Positions 1-10,098 of a DNA stretch of 38,999 nt are shown piece after piece. This DNA is from a virus. The stretch lies in UHGV virus genome UHGV-1350822. The stretch is one strand, 5' to 3'. How positions within the stretch are numbered: position 1 is the stretch's first letter; each line of letters begins with the position of its first letter. The notes under the pieces were generated by a model. It saw nothing but the letters and a program-made list of their open reading frames with translations. It was not told where the DNA came from and made no database searches. The position numbers and the translations under genes are program-made.

Positions 1-115
1 TGGAGCTTCAGGGGCTATGACTGGCGCTGCTCTTGGCTCTATTGTTCCCGGACTTGGCACTGGATTAGGTGCGGCAATTGGCGGCGGACTTGGCCTGCTT
101 GGATCGTTGTTTTAA
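1..115 (+). CDS. C-terminal end of gp7-like ejection (E) protein; continuation of the CDS starting at 38345 (circular wrap)
   Basis: Reading frame is continuous with 38345..38999; Gly/Ala-rich tail ends at TAA 113-115; window start duplicates window end. Confidence 0.7.
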   Translation, partial: GASGAMTGAALGSIVPGLGTGLGAAIGGGLGLLGSLF

Positions 116-124
116 GGGGTAATC

Positions 125-1420
125 ATGGCTACTTGGCAAGGAACAAATGGCGGATTGTTGGCTGGTATCGGTGGTGTCAACTCAAACGCTCCGAGCGTAA
201 ATGACATCGGCAATACGCTTCAGCTTATCAGGCAGAACAATGATATTGAGCGTTCAGGCGCTAACAATGTTGGGCTGACTGCTTTGCAAGGCCTTTCAGG
301 TATTGCGGGGGTGTTTCAGCAGGAAAAGCAGGCTCAGCGGCAGAAAGAATTTCAGCAGGCATACGCTAATGCTTATGCGTCTGGTGATCGCGGTGCTTTG
401 CGTCAGTTGGCTACTCAATATCCAGACCAGATTGAATCCGTTCGTAAAGGCATGGGATTCATTGATGAAGAGCAGCGTAATTCTATCGGCACCTTAGCGG
501 CTGGCGCACGCCTTGCGTCATCGTCTCCAGAAGCAATGCAATCATGGCTGCAAAACAACGCCAATGAGCTGGCGCGCGTCGGTGTTGACCCTAACAGCGT
601 TGCTCAGATGTATCAGCAGAACCCTTCAGGATTTGGTGAGTTTGTTGATCACCTTGGGATGGCTGCGCTTGGTCCGATTGATTACTTCAATGTTCAGGAC
701 AAGATGGCTGGTCGTGAAATTGACCGAGGCAGGCTGGCAGAGACAATCCGCAGCAATCAGGCAGGAGAAGCACTAACAGCTCGAGGTCAGGACATCCAGA
801 TACGTGGACAGAACATCAGCGCACAGAATGCTGCTCTTTCCCGAGAAATACAAAGAGCAGAATTACAAGAAAAGGCTCTGGACAGACAGATAGCCAGAGA
901 AAGCAATCAGTTAAAGCTTGAAGAGCTAAAACAGAAACAGGCAGATGTTCGGCAAAAGGCTGACATAGCCCGCGCTGACAGGCAGGCCGCCGCTCAGGGT
1001 GCAGTTGATACGTTCAGCACTGCGCTTGATTCTCTCAACGAGATAGAGCAAAGCCCCGGCCTTTCAAAAGCAGTAGGAATTCGCTCAGCGTTTCCGACAG
1101 TTCCTGGCTCTGATGCGGCTAACTTTGAAGCAAGGCTCGACACCTTTAAAGCTCAAACATTCCTTCCTATGGTGCAGTCCCTGAAGGGTATGGGCGCTCT
1201 TTCAGATGCTGAGGGTAAAAAATTATCCGATGCGGTTGGTGCCCTAAGCCCCAAAATGAGTGAAAAGGCTTTTCGTGACTCTATCGGAAAGATTAGAAAT
1301 CAGCTTGAAAGCAAGTTGAGCACTGTTAAAAAACAGTTTGATTATCAGGAGCCAGTACAGAATACGCCAGCGCAACAACCTACTACTGGCAGTAACTTTT
1401 CTTCACTATGGGGTGATTAA
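125..1420 (+). CDS. gp20-like DNA ejection/internal virion protein
   Basis: 431-aa ORF, AAGGGG RBS before ATG; position between gp7-like and gp16-like genes as in P22 (7-20-16); coiled-coil/Gln-rich composition. Confidence 0.7.
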   Translation: MATWQGTNGGLLAGIGGVNSNAPSVNDIGNTLQLIRQNNDIERSGANNVGLTALQGLSGIAGVFQQEKQAQRQKEFQQAYANAYASGDRGALRQLATQYPDQIESVRKGMGFIDEEQRNSIGTLAAGARLASSSPEAMQSWLQNNANELARVGVDPNSVAQMYQQNPSGFGEFVDHLGMAALGPIDYFNVQDKMAGREIDRGRLAETIRSNQAGEALTARGQDIQIRGQNISAQNAALSREIQRAELQEKALDRQIARESNQLKLEELKQKQADVRQKADIARADRQAAAQGAVDTFSTALDSLNEIEQSPGLSKAVGIRSAFPTVPGSDAANFEARLDTFKAQTFLPMVQSLKGMGALSDAEGKKLSDAVGALSPKMSEKAFRDSIGKIRNQLESKLSTVKKQFDYQEPVQNTPAQQPTTGSNFSSLWGD

Positions 1421-3723
1421 TGGCTAAAGCATGGAAAGATGTTATCGCCTCTCCACAGTATCAGGCGTTAGCACCAGAACAAAAAGCGCAGGCTCAGGAG
1501 CAATACTTCAATGAAGTCGTGGCACCGCAAGCCGGAGAAAATGCAGAGCAGGCTAAGCAAGCTTTCTATGATGCCTATCCATTGCCTTCAATGCAGACAG
1601 AACAGCAGGAAGTAGGGCAATCTCCTGATACCATTCAGCAAGACAAATCACTTATGCAGCGTGCAGGAGAATGGCTAACAGGTGGGCAAAGCGTAGGTCA
1701 AATTGCCGAGCAGGCGGTAAGAGGATTTGTAAATATTCCTTTTGACGTTCTTCAGGGGGGGGCGAGTCTCATTAATGCCGCATCTCAGAGTTTTGATGGA
1801 CCAAAGATTCTTGATGAAGTATATAGACCAGTTAACCGGCCAACGGATCCGTATGCGCAAGCTGGAGAGTCAATAGGCGGTTATCTTGTTCCTGGAGCAG
1901 GAGTAGCTGGAAACATGGTCATTGGTTCTCTCGCTGACGCGGCGAATCAACGGGGTGATTTTGCCGAAAATGCCGCTATTAATGCCGGACTTAACATTGC
2001 TACGCATGGCCTGATAAATGGCGTTACCCGTGGTGTTCGTGGTGCATCAAATATAATTAGTGGCAATAAAACATCTGCACAGAGAGCGACCACTGCGCCA
2101 ACAGAAACATCACCATTCTCCGGTGATGCCGCTGCAGCAACAAATCCTGCGGTTCATGCCGCAGAGGCAAGAGTAGCACAAGGTGTACCAATGACGCCTG
2201 CGACGAGGAACCCAGAGGAAGTCGTTCGCACAGTAGCAGCACAAAAAAGGCCAAATCTCGCTTCATCGCTTGATGAACTAGATATCAATCCTCAGGCTGA
2301 AGTTCTGGAGTCTGCTGAAAGGCTTAATGTTGATTCATTACTCCCTTCACACTTTTCCGGGAACGAGCAATACAAGGCAGTTGAGCAAGCAATCAAGTCC
2401 CGTGCGGGTTCTGCTCTACAGGTGCAGGAAAATGAAGCAATCAGGCAGCTAGCACAGGGCGCGGGGGAGATAATTGATCGCGTTTCCGGTGCAAAAGATG
2501 CTCTTGGTATGAGCGACAAGTTTATTGATACGGTCAATGGAAGAATGTCTGCGCTGATGAAACGAAGCGACCAGCTTTATCGCAATGTTGAAAAGGCGAT
2601 GCCTGCAGGTGCAAAAATTGATGCACCATCAACAAGGTCAATGCTCAAACAGGTGGCAGAAGATCTTGGCGGGATGAAAAACCTTGACCCTATTGAAAAG
2701 AGAGTCTTTCGGGCAGTTAATCCAGGCAAGAACGGCGCATTAACTTATGCAAATCTCAATAAGCAACGACGACTTGTTGGTGATGCACTTCATAAGAATT
2801 CTGGACCATATAAAGATGCTGATCGCGCTGCTTTATCGAGGCTTTACGGTTCGCTCGCCGATGATCAAAAGGCGGCGCTGTCAGAGACAAATGCATTACG
2901 TGATTTTGAAGTTGCTCAGAGGCTTGTTCAGATGCGAAAAAGCATGGAAGAGCAAATGATTAATCTAACTGGCAGAACGCTGAACGGTGATGTTTCTCGC
3001 AAAGCAACTACAGCACTACAGGCAATGTCGAAAGGCGATGCCAAAGGATTTCGTGAATTGATGCAAAACACGCCGTCCAGGAAGCTAAGAACCGAGCTAC
3101 TGGGAACAGGTCTTCGGGATATGCTTTCGAACGGAAAACGTGGCGCTGATTTTAATCCTGCAGGGTTTGCTGACTGGTATCAAAACATGTTAGCAAACGG
3201 GCAGATGCGCAATCTTGCCCGACATTTACCAAAAGAGACTATGTCAGGTCTGAACGATGTATATAAGGTCGCAAAGGCTATCAAAGATGCAAAATCTTAC
3301 GAGATAACTACAGGAAGACTAAACGAGTTCGTCAAACGGTTTAATCGCGTCACTGCGGCAAATGAATTTGTTGCTAACCATGCCCAACGCATTGGCACTG
3401 CGGTTGGTTCAACTGTGTCAGGACCGTTCAGTGCAGTAGGTGCTGTTGCTGGGTCAGAAATTGGGGCAAAAGTCGCCAGCAAAATCAGGGCGATGGGCGG
3501 CGCTGAATCAATTGAATCTGCAGAAAAGCTAATTAGCTCACCAGAATTCCAGAAAGCAGCAAGGCTGGCAGTAAAACAAGCACCAGAAAGCATCGTTGAT
3601 ACAACTGTAAGACGCTCTTCTGCTTGGCGCTCGTTTTACAACTCACTTCCAGAATCAGATAAGAAAACCATATCAAGGCTAGGCATCATGTACTGGATGA
3701 ACAGTGATGATAACCAGAAGTAA
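1420..3723 (+). CDS. gp16-like DNA ejection protein
   Basis: 767-aa ORF, start overlaps upstream stop (TAATG); synteny with P22 gene 16. Confidence 0.7.
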   Translation: MAKAWKDVIASPQYQALAPEQKAQAQEQYFNEVVAPQAGENAEQAKQAFYDAYPLPSMQTEQQEVGQSPDTIQQDKSLMQRAGEWLTGGQSVGQIAEQAVRGFVNIPFDVLQGGASLINAASQSFDGPKILDEVYRPVNRPTDPYAQAGESIGGYLVPGAGVAGNMVIGSLADAANQRGDFAENAAINAGLNIATHGLINGVTRGVRGASNIISGNKTSAQRATTAPTETSPFSGDAAAATNPAVHAAEARVAQGVPMTPATRNPEEVVRTVAAQKRPNLASSLDELDINPQAEVLESAERLNVDSLLPSHFSGNEQYKAVEQAIKSRAGSALQVQENEAIRQLAQGAGEIIDRVSGAKDALGMSDKFIDTVNGRMSALMKRSDQLYRNVEKAMPAGAKIDAPSTRSMLKQVAEDLGGMKNLDPIEKRVFRAVNPGKNGALTYANLNKQRRLVGDALHKNSGPYKDADRAALSRLYGSLADDQKAALSETNALRDFEVAQRLVQMRKSMEEQMINLTGRTLNGDVSRKATTALQAMSKGDAKGFRELMQNTPSRKLRTELLGTGLRDMLSNGKRGADFNPAGFADWYQNMLANGQMRNLARHLPKETMSGLNDVYKVAKAIKDAKSYEITTGRLNEFVKRFNRVTAANEFVANHAQRIGTAVGSTVSGPFSAVGAVAGSEIGAKVASKIRAMGGAESIESAEKLISSPEFQKAARLAVKQAPESIVDTTVRRSSAWRSFYNSLPESDKKTISRLGIMYWMNSDDNQK

Positions 3724-3740
3724 CGGAAAGCAACGGATGG

Positions 3741-4034
3741 TTAGCTGCTGTCTTTTTTATATAGCTCCTTGAGCGTATCAAAGACAATTTTCTTAACCAT
3801 ATCAGATTGTTGTTCTGCCATACGCTCTGCATCGTCAATGTAAACAGATGCAGAGCTTTGTTTAGCCAATGATTCTTCAATCGCTGCAATTATCTCTGAG
3901 TTCAGCGACCTGTTATTCATCTTCGCACGCTGCTTAATTTTCGCGTGGAGTTCATGCGGAAGTCTCAAGTGAAACTGCGCCTCGTCGTATTTGCTGTACA
4001 TCCTTGATGCCTCACCAGTTGGGTGGAATGGCAT
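3741..4034 (-). CDS. mnt: Mnt-like ribbon-helix-helix repressor (Arc/MetJ family)
   Basis: C-terminal region ...NDAERMAEQQSDMVKKIVFDTLKELYKK matches P22 Mnt as recalled; N-terminal RHH segment; alternative start ATG at 4001. Confidence 0.8.
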   Translation of the reverse strand: MPFHPTGEASRMYSKYDEAQFHLRLPHELHAKIKQRAKMNNRSLNSEIIAAIEESLAKQSSASVYIDDAERMAEQQSDMVKKIVFDTLKELYKKDSS

Positions 4035-4122
4035 CGTAACCTACTGGATAAATACTCAATAGTACCATTTCGGTATGCAATCACATCATGGTTGCATCAT
4101 ATCATTCGTCTGGAGCAATGAA

Positions 4123-6321
4123 ATGTCAGATATCACCGCAAATGTTGTGGTAAGCATGCCTTCGCAACTCTTCACTATGGCGCGTTCTTTTAAAGCAGTT
4201 GCCAATGGTAAAATTTATATCGGTAAAATTGACGCTGACCCCGTAAATTCAGAAAACCAGATTCAGGTTTATATAGAGAACGAAGACGGCTCTCACGTTC
4301 CTGTTTCGCAACCAATAATCATTAACGCTGCCGGATATCCGGTATATAACGGACAGATTGCCAAGTTCGTAACTGTGCAAGGCCATTCCATGGCTGTATA
4401 TGATGCGTATGGTTCGCAGCAGTTCTATTTTCCCAATGTGCTGAAGTATGATCCCGATCAGTTTAGCCAGCGAATGGAGAATGTTCCTGACATCCATACC
4501 TTAATGAGCGAGCCTGCTGGGAATCACACATTAAATGTAATTGGATACGTACCAGGAACCAACTTTGGCGGCGGGCAGTTTTACTGGGATGCCAGCATGC
4601 CTAAATCTCAGCACAACGGTATCACCATATTTAGCCCCACAGTTCCGTGGGATGGTTCGTATGCTGAGCTCGCTGCTTTCCTTGCGGGAACTGGTGAGAG
4701 TGATGGTGGTGGCTCTGGTTGCTGGATCCGTTCGAATTGTGTGCTCGATGGCATACATACAGTTTGGGCTGGACATGATATTAACGGAGTGCATGATTCA
4801 ACGGCATCGGTTAACGCTTGTATATCAAAATTTGGTGGTGTTAGAGCAATACGTTTTAGCGCCGGTGAGATAAAGTTTAATTACCAAATCAGCCAGCAAT
4901 ATCATGACTCTGCAGGTGTTATACGTAAAACAGCAATTGTAATTAATGGTAAAAATAATTTATTTGTTTACGCAGATAATGATGTAAATATAAATACAGA
5001 TGGAAATGGTGAGGCTGAGCGTGTTTGCTTTGGTTTATTCAACTGCAAAAACTTTAAATTTAATGGTATAAAGTTAAACCAGTCATGCACAAATTTTTCA
5101 ACTGGACCTTCAGATACCACGTTTACCCCTCAAGAGAATTGGTTTGGTTTCGCACTTGAGGGGAGTAGTGGATCTATTAATGATATTGACGTATTGGCTG
5201 CAAGAATCTTTGTAATGGCAGATGCTGATGGTGACGGTGCTATACCAAATGAGGATATAACTCTTAGCAATGTAAGGACTGATTTGGTAACAAATTATAC
5301 ATTTTTCACTAAAAATCTTAATGGAATTGCTAAGATGATTGACTGCCAAACGTACAGAACAGGCAGAAAATGGCATACTTTTGGTGAAGATTTTGCGTGC
5401 TCAGCAAGAACAAAATATTTAATTGCAGAAAGAAATCACTTTATAAGCCCTATAAGTATTCAGTCTAGGATTACTCCTTGGGGGGTGACTGGTGGTGCAG
5501 TTATATCGAATAACATCAAAACAGGACAAGGAATATTCGTTGAGATAGGAGGTGAATCTAACGGTGTTGCAGCGCAGAATGTTGTTATTGATAGCAATAT
5601 AAGCATTGGGGATCAGAACGAGGATGGCACATTTTCATCTCATATTCTAATTATCTGGAATGGTAGTAATGACTACTCAACATCATTCAATGGAATTAAA
5701 ATAACAAAAAATACATTTAAAGGCGGTGGTTATGCCATAAATGATTATGCTGAAACTCAGATGTCTGCATATTGTTATGGACTTGTGATTGAAAACAACC
5801 AGTTTGATAGAACTGATGCCGTAAAAGTAACAATGCCCACATGGAGAAAATCTATATACCGAGGGAATAAGTCATATTTTGTTCATGGCAATACAGGTTG
5901 TGAAATTGGTGGTTATGCTCCAATTATTTCTGACAACGACTTTGATTCTACATATCTAGTATCAACTTCGGGTGTGCGTATCGATGAACCAGTTATTGAA
6001 AATAATGAGTTTAGTAACACTTTAAACTCACCAGTAAATCAACTTATTGACTGGCCTAGTTTTGCTGGAATGATATATAGAGGAAACAGATACACGTTTT
6101 CAATTAAGAAATTTAGAGATAACGCAGATATGGTTTCCTGTGGTTGGCGTTTTGCCGATGTGTCTGCTGGAATAGACACTGCTCCTACTACAACATACCC
6201 TGGGAAAGTGCTGATAAATATAGGCGATATGATTCACAATGCAGGTACTCCTGCATCAGGAACAAACTGGGCATGGTATGGTCTTGGAAACAATACATAT
6301 GGTAATCTTAATATAGCGTAG
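4123..6321 (+). CDS. Tailspike: P22-type N-terminal head-binding domain fused to a distinct beta-helix receptor-binding/depolymerase domain
   Basis: [11 protein letters not shown]...[11 protein letters not shown]...[13 protein letters not shown]...LKYDPDQ matches the P22 gp9 N-terminus; remainder is Asn/Gly-rich repeats typical of a right-handed beta-helix; GGAG RBS before ATG 4123 (ORF track start 4075 is probably too early). Confidence 0.85.
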   Translation: MSDITANVVVSMPSQLFTMARSFKAVANGKIYIGKIDADPVNSENQIQVYIENEDGSHVPVSQPIIINAAGYPVYNGQIAKFVTVQGHSMAVYDAYGSQQFYFPNVLKYDPDQFSQRMENVPDIHTLMSEPAGNHTLNVIGYVPGTNFGGGQFYWDASMPKSQHNGITIFSPTVPWDGSYAELAAFLAGTGESDGGGSGCWIRSNCVLDGIHTVWAGHDINGVHDSTASVNACISKFGGVRAIRFSAGEIKFNYQISQQYHDSAGVIRKTAIVINGKNNLFVYADNDVNINTDGNGEAERVCFGLFNCKNFKFNGIKLNQSCTNFSTGPSDTTFTPQENWFGFALEGSSGSINDIDVLAARIFVMADADGDGAIPNEDITLSNVRTDLVTNYTFFTKNLNGIAKMIDCQTYRTGRKWHTFGEDFACSARTKYLIAERNHFISPISIQSRITPWGVTGGAVISNNIKTGQGIFVEIGGESNGVAAQNVVIDSNISIGDQNEDGTFSSHILIIWNGSNDYSTSFNGIKITKNTFKGGGYAINDYAETQMSAYCYGLVIENNQFDRTDAVKVTMPTWRKSIYRGNKSYFVHGNTGCEIGGYAPIISDNDFDSTYLVSTSGVRIDEPVIENNEFSNTLNSPVNQLIDWPSFAGMIYRGNRYTFSIKKFRDNADMVSCGWRFADVSAGIDTAPTTTYPGKVLINIGDMIHNAGTPASGTNWAWYGLGNNTYGNLNIA

Positions 6322-6331
6322 CGGAAATCAA

Positions 6332-6349
6332 GCGGGGCCATCGCCCCGC
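6332..6349. terminator. Bidirectional stem-loop terminator between convergent tailspike and acyltransferase genes
   Basis: GCGGGGC-CATC-GCCCCGC 7-bp GC stem with 4-nt loop, T-rich flanks on both strands. Confidence 0.6.
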
Positions 6350-6353
6350 AATG

Positions 6354-7508
6354 TTACTTTTTAATGAATCTCCACTCAAAATTCTTAAAACAGATACAGG
6401 AAATAACGCTACACAGAGATGCAATAAAGGCTATCAAAATTGTGTAATTCACAGTAGACATGCTCGATAGGTTATAGAAATTATTTATTGTTCTCATTAC
6501 TATAGCCATGATAGGCAAATGCAGCAAATAAAGACTATAACTTGCCTCACCTAAATAAACTAATGATTTTATTTTAAATATTTTTGGTTTAGTTATAAGT
6601 ACCATTATAAATAGTAATGAAATGCATGCAAATCTGATTCGTCCATAGCTGTCTGCGGAAGAGCAGAAGATAACAAAAATAGCTATGAAAGAAATGAATG
6701 AGAATATCCAATATTTATCATCAATGTTAACATAAGATTTATTGAATATATATGCACCTAAGGCGCCAACTATAAAATATGGCCACAAAACAAATTCTGT
6801 CATAAAGTCTCTTGCCGCAAGTAACATTACTGCGGAAATGGCAAACATACCATATCTCTTGCTTGCGATGGCAATCGATAATAGAGGGAAAATTAAATAA
6901 AACCTCCATTCATACGGTAGAGTCCATATCACCGCATTTAATCCTGATGCGTTAAAAGAGCCAATGAAGATTTCTGTGCCCAAAAATCCAAACCCAAAAA
7001 AATTTAGGAAGCTTGAAAAATCAACAAAGTTAAGCCTTGCTGAACTGCCGGATAATATAATAGCTAAAATTGCCACCAAAAGCGCAGTAAGCATATATAG
7101 AGGAACGAGTCTTTTTATCCGAGCAACATAAAATTTATTCCAGTCAAATGTATTATTTCCTTTTATTAATTTATCAAAGAACAAAAATCCTGTAATGCAA
7201 AAGAAAATCTGTACACCGAAGCTACCCATATTCCCTGTGATGGAGTATTTTGTGAAGTCTATAAATATGGGCTGAACTCCATTGGTAATAATTGTATGAG
7301 CGCCGTGATTAATAAGAACGCTGAACGCAGCTATCCCACGCAATCCGTCTATAAAGAAATACCTGTTACTTGCAAAGTTGATGTGAGAAAAATAGTTATA
7401 TCGTGTCAATAGTGTAATACATAACACAACGGCTAAAAGAGACAAAAAATATAAATAAAGACTTTGCGCCTCAAAGATCATAATGCACACCATGAGATAA
7501 AATTTCAA
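6354..7508 (-). CDS. oac: Acyltransferase-3 family integral membrane protein, likely O-antigen acetyltransferase (lysogenic conversion)
   Basis: About 10 predicted TM helices; N-terminal R...H motif (RGIAAFSVLINH) and FFCITGFLFF motif typical of acyltransferase 3; very AT-rich; sits between tailspike and int as oac does in Sf6. ORF-track start is TTG at 7508; ATG at 7493 is more likely. Confidence 0.8.
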   Translation of the reverse strand: MKFYLMVCIMIFEAQSLYLYFLSLLAVVLCITLLTRYNYFSHINFASNRYFFIDGLRGIAAFSVLINHGAHTIITNGVQPIFIDFTKYSITGNMGSFGVQIFFCITGFLFFDKLIKGNNTFDWNKFYVARIKRLVPLYMLTALLVAILAIILSGSSARLNFVDFSSFLNFFGFGFLGTEIFIGSFNASGLNAVIWTLPYEWRFYLIFPLLSIAIASKRYGMFAISAVMLLAARDFMTEFVLWPYFIVGALGAYIFNKSYVNIDDKYWIFSFISFIAIFVIFCSSADSYGRIRFACISLLFIMVLITKPKIFKIKSLVYLGEASYSLYLLHLPIMAIVMRTINNFYNLSSMSTVNYTILIAFIASLCSVISCICFKNFEWRFIKK

Positions 7509-7726
7509 AGGATTATAGCAGGGCTACCAGCGCAGATCACCAACTCACTGCTCATGATGAGCATTTCTATGATTATAAAATAACTGCAAAAAGTATTACG
7601 TCTAACAGTGAAGCAGATCACAAAGACGATTTATGAACGTTCTGGTGAATTTGATGATTGCCAGGTAATGTGAGGCATGAACGAGGCACACAAAGCTTTG
7701 TACTATCCGATAGTGGTTAAGATCGA

Positions 7727-8884
7727 TCACTCCACCTTTTCATCAATCCAGTCAGCCCACCACTGCATCATTTCTCTGCGCTTATCTAGATACTGAGCAT
7801 GGTTGTAAATCCCGCGCACAGATCCGCCGTTGGCATGTGCAAGTTGCACTTCAATAGCGTCAGCAGGCCATTCGTGCTCGTTCATAATCGTGCTGAATTC
7901 ATGCCTGAATCCGTGACCGCTTTCCAGACCCTCATAGCCGATTTGTTTGATCACAAGCAATACCGCGTTCTCGCAGATTGGCTTTTTCTTATCGTTGCGC
8001 CCGGCAAAAACAAACTCTGATACTGGTTTAGTGATTGAGCTTAGCGTAGTGAGAAGTTCAACCACCTGGTCTGACATCGGGACAACATGAATTTTGCGTC
8101 CCTTCATCACACTGGCGTCGATGGTGATAATCCTGTTTTCAAAATCGACGTTCTTCCATTGCATGGAACGAAGCTCTTTCGTTCTTAGGGCTGTGTAGCG
8201 TAAAACTTTGGTCGCAATGAGCGATACGATACTTCCTGAAAATGTTGCAAGTGCTTTGTTGAATGCCGGGATCTGGTCGGCAGGTAAAAACGGGAAGTTC
8301 TTCTTGCGGTATCCCTTCATGGCGTCAGCAAGGTCAGGTGCCGGGTTATATTTAGCCCTACCAGTGACAATAGCGTAACGAAAAACCTCGCCGCATCTTC
8401 TGCGGGCTTTGTTGGCTCGCTCCATTGCACCGCGATCTTCAAATCTGCGGATTACTTCCAGCAGTTGCATCGGCTCAATATCCTGAATCTCAAGACCGCC
8501 GATGATGGGTAAAATGTCGTCATCAAACATTTTGGCAAGTTCAGTTGCATAGCCTACTGACCAGACTTGCTTCTTGTGCTCGTACCATTCCTTGTAAATC
8601 GCACTAAATGAATTGTTGCTAGACGAAGACTTTTTCGCCTTTACCGGATCGATGCCAACCGAGATGTCTTTCCTCGCAGTCCATGCCTTATCCCTTGCTT
8701 CCTGCAAAGTCATAAGCGGATATTTTCCGACAGTCAGGATTTTCTCCTTACCGTCAATCTTGTAGCGAAGCTGCCATACCTTTTTCCCTGATACAGGGAC
8801 ATAAAGGTACAGGCCATTACCATCGAGTAGGCGGTATGGTTTTTCTTTCGGCTTTGCTGCTTCAATCTGCTTAACGGTGAGCAT
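7727..8884 (-). CDS. int: Tyrosine integrase, P4/IntS-type (DUF4102 arm-binding N-domain plus catalytic domain)
   Basis: MLTVKQIEAAKPKEKPYRLLDGNGLYLYV N-domain; catalytic residues in HGFRHEF...LAH...Y; ORF track extends to GTG 8920 but ATG 8884 matches the usual IntS-type N-terminus. Confidence 0.9.
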   Translation of the reverse strand: MLTVKQIEAAKPKEKPYRLLDGNGLYLYVPVSGKKVWQLRYKIDGKEKILTVGKYPLMTLQEARDKAWTARKDISVGIDPVKAKKSSSSNNSFSAIYKEWYEHKKQVWSVGYATELAKMFDDDILPIIGGLEIQDIEPMQLLEVIRRFEDRGAMERANKARRRCGEVFRYAIVTGRAKYNPAPDLADAMKGYRKKNFPFLPADQIPAFNKALATFSGSIVSLIATKVLRYTALRTKELRSMQWKNVDFENRIITIDASVMKGRKIHVVPMSDQVVELLTTLSSITKPVSEFVFAGRNDKKKPICENAVLLVIKQIGYEGLESGHGFRHEFSTIMNEHEWPADAIEVQLAHANGGSVRGIYNHAQYLDKRREMMQWWADWIDEKVE

Positions 8885-9045
8885 GGGTAAAAATCCGGTG
8901 GGTAAAATTATTTTATCCACTTTTTACCCGTCATGGAGTGCGGCTGTCAACGATCTGACGCGAACCATGACGAACCGTGAATATACGTAAGGCTTGATAT
9001 TCAGGGGATTTTGCGGACTGGTACGGATGGGAGCGAACTGATAAA

Positions 9046-9084
9046 TGGTGTCCCCTGCAGACATCTACTTGACGAGGCAGGGGA
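9046..9084 (-). other. Candidate attP core: 15 nt identical to the 3' end of tRNA-Arg (argW) including CCA, inside an 8-bp inverted repeat
   Basis: 9046-9060 TGGTGTCCCCTGCAG is the reverse complement of CTGCAGGGGACACCA (argW 3' end as I recall it); inverted repeat TCCCCTGC(9051-58)/GCAGGGGA(9077-84); about 161 nt upstream of int ATG. Confidence 0.5.
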
Positions 9085-9133
9085 TTGATTTGAATGGTGT
9101 TTTTTAGATGTGAGAAATATTTTACCCGCTATT

Positions 9134-9334
9134 TTACCCATTGGCGCGGCTTAAGAGCTTATTTTTGAATTCACAATGGTCACGATATAACCATCTTGCT
9201 CGCCCGTGGATAACTTTGGCTTTTGGCAGGTCGCCGGACTTAATCCGGTCGTAGATGAAGGTTTTACCGAAGCCAGTATCAGCCATGATGAATTTCAAAT
9301 CAACCAGTGAATCAGGTTGTAGTTCGTGTTGCAT
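9134..9334 (-). CDS. xis: Excisionase / AlpA-family small DNA-binding protein (TorI-like)
   Basis: 66-aa protein with winged-helix AlpA/Xis character; immediately upstream of int and attP; GGAG RBS. Confidence 0.75.
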   Translation of the reverse strand: MQHELQPDSLVDLKFIMADTGFGKTFIYDRIKSGDLPKAKVIHGRARWLYRDHCEFKNKLLSRANG

Positions 9335-9365
9335 GAGTGCTATCTCCGAATAGGGAATCGAACCT

Positions 9366-9389
9366 GCAAATCAGGCAATAAAAAACCGC
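9366..9389 (-). terminator. Rho-independent terminator (leftward transcript) upstream of xis
   Basis: Stem CCGCC/GGCGG with loop on the minus strand, followed by a TTTTTTATT run. Confidence 0.6.
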
Positions 9390-9442
9390 CATCAGGCGGC
9401 TTGGTGTTCTTTCAGTTCTTCAATTCGAATGTTGGTTACGTC

Positions 9443-9754
9443 TTATTCGATGCGCACTCCTGGTATTTCTCCTTTTGATATTGCTAAGTCATAAATTTGC
9501 GCGGCACTATATCCATCCCGCATCCATGAATCTAAGGCGCGAACAGCCTCGCTACGCTTTTTATCTTCTCTCTCATTTTTGATATCAACGAGGACATCAA
9601 CGCAATTAAGGCAAATGTGGATTTTGTCCTTACATTCGATCATGGCGGCTTTACCATGATTTCCGCCACACAGTGAGCATAAATCTTCAGGGTCTGTCTG
9701 GTATTTCTGTAACGTTAGATGGTTGAATGTTGAACAGGCCATAATCATCTCCAT
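9443..9754 (-). CDS. Hypothetical protein with Cys-x2-C...C-x2-C zinc-ribbon-like motif
   Basis: 103-aa ORF in the leftward operon; CSLCGG...CLNC motif. Confidence 0.5.
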   Translation of the reverse strand: MEMIMACSTFNHLTLQKYQTDPEDLCSLCGGNHGKAAMIECKDKIHICLNCVDVLVDIKNEREDKKRSEAVRALDSWMRDGYSAAQIYDLAISKGEIPGVRIE

Positions 9755-9813
9755 AAAACAAAACTCGCCGTAGCGAGTTCAGATAAAAGAAATCCCCGCG
9801 AGTGCGAGGATTG

Positions 9814-10098
9814 TTATTCATTGCTGATATTCACCTTTATCGCGAACACCTTTACCGGTTTATCACCGAAGTGCGGATGTGTGATTGTTTTGATTTCATA
9901 TCCACCATACGGAACATCAATTCTGCGACTGGAATCGTCGCGCTTCGGATATCCCTTTGTGATAATCAGGCGGTCATACTTCCGGAACATAATTCGCTTT
10001 TTCCAGTAATCATTACACAGGCGATACTCTTCCGTTTTCTCGTATGACTTCATCTGGTCGAAATATTCACCTTTAACGGCAAGTTGCAGGTTAGCCAC
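9814..10098 (-). CDS. Hypothetical early-left (Ea-region) protein
   Basis: AGGAGG RBS then GTG at 10098; the ORF-track ATG at 10227 lies inside the upstream gene, so the shorter form is more likely. Confidence 0.5.
   Translation of the reverse strand: MANLQLAVKGEYFDQMKSYEKTEEYRLCNDYWKKRIMFRKYDRLIITKGYPKRDDSSRRIDVPYGGYEIKTITHPHFGDKPVKVFAIKVNISNE

Noticed and set aside
3724-3760. Possible terminator between the gp16-like gene and mnt (T-run at 3752-3760)
   Set aside because: No convincing GC-rich stem precedes the T-run, and it overlaps the mnt 3' coding end.
7509-7726. oac-int intergenic region as the attP location (as in SfV-type gtr-attP-int phages)
   Set aside because: No tRNA-like sequence found there on either strand, whereas a 15-nt tRNA 3'-end match plus inverted repeat lies at 9046-9084; kept as an alternative only.
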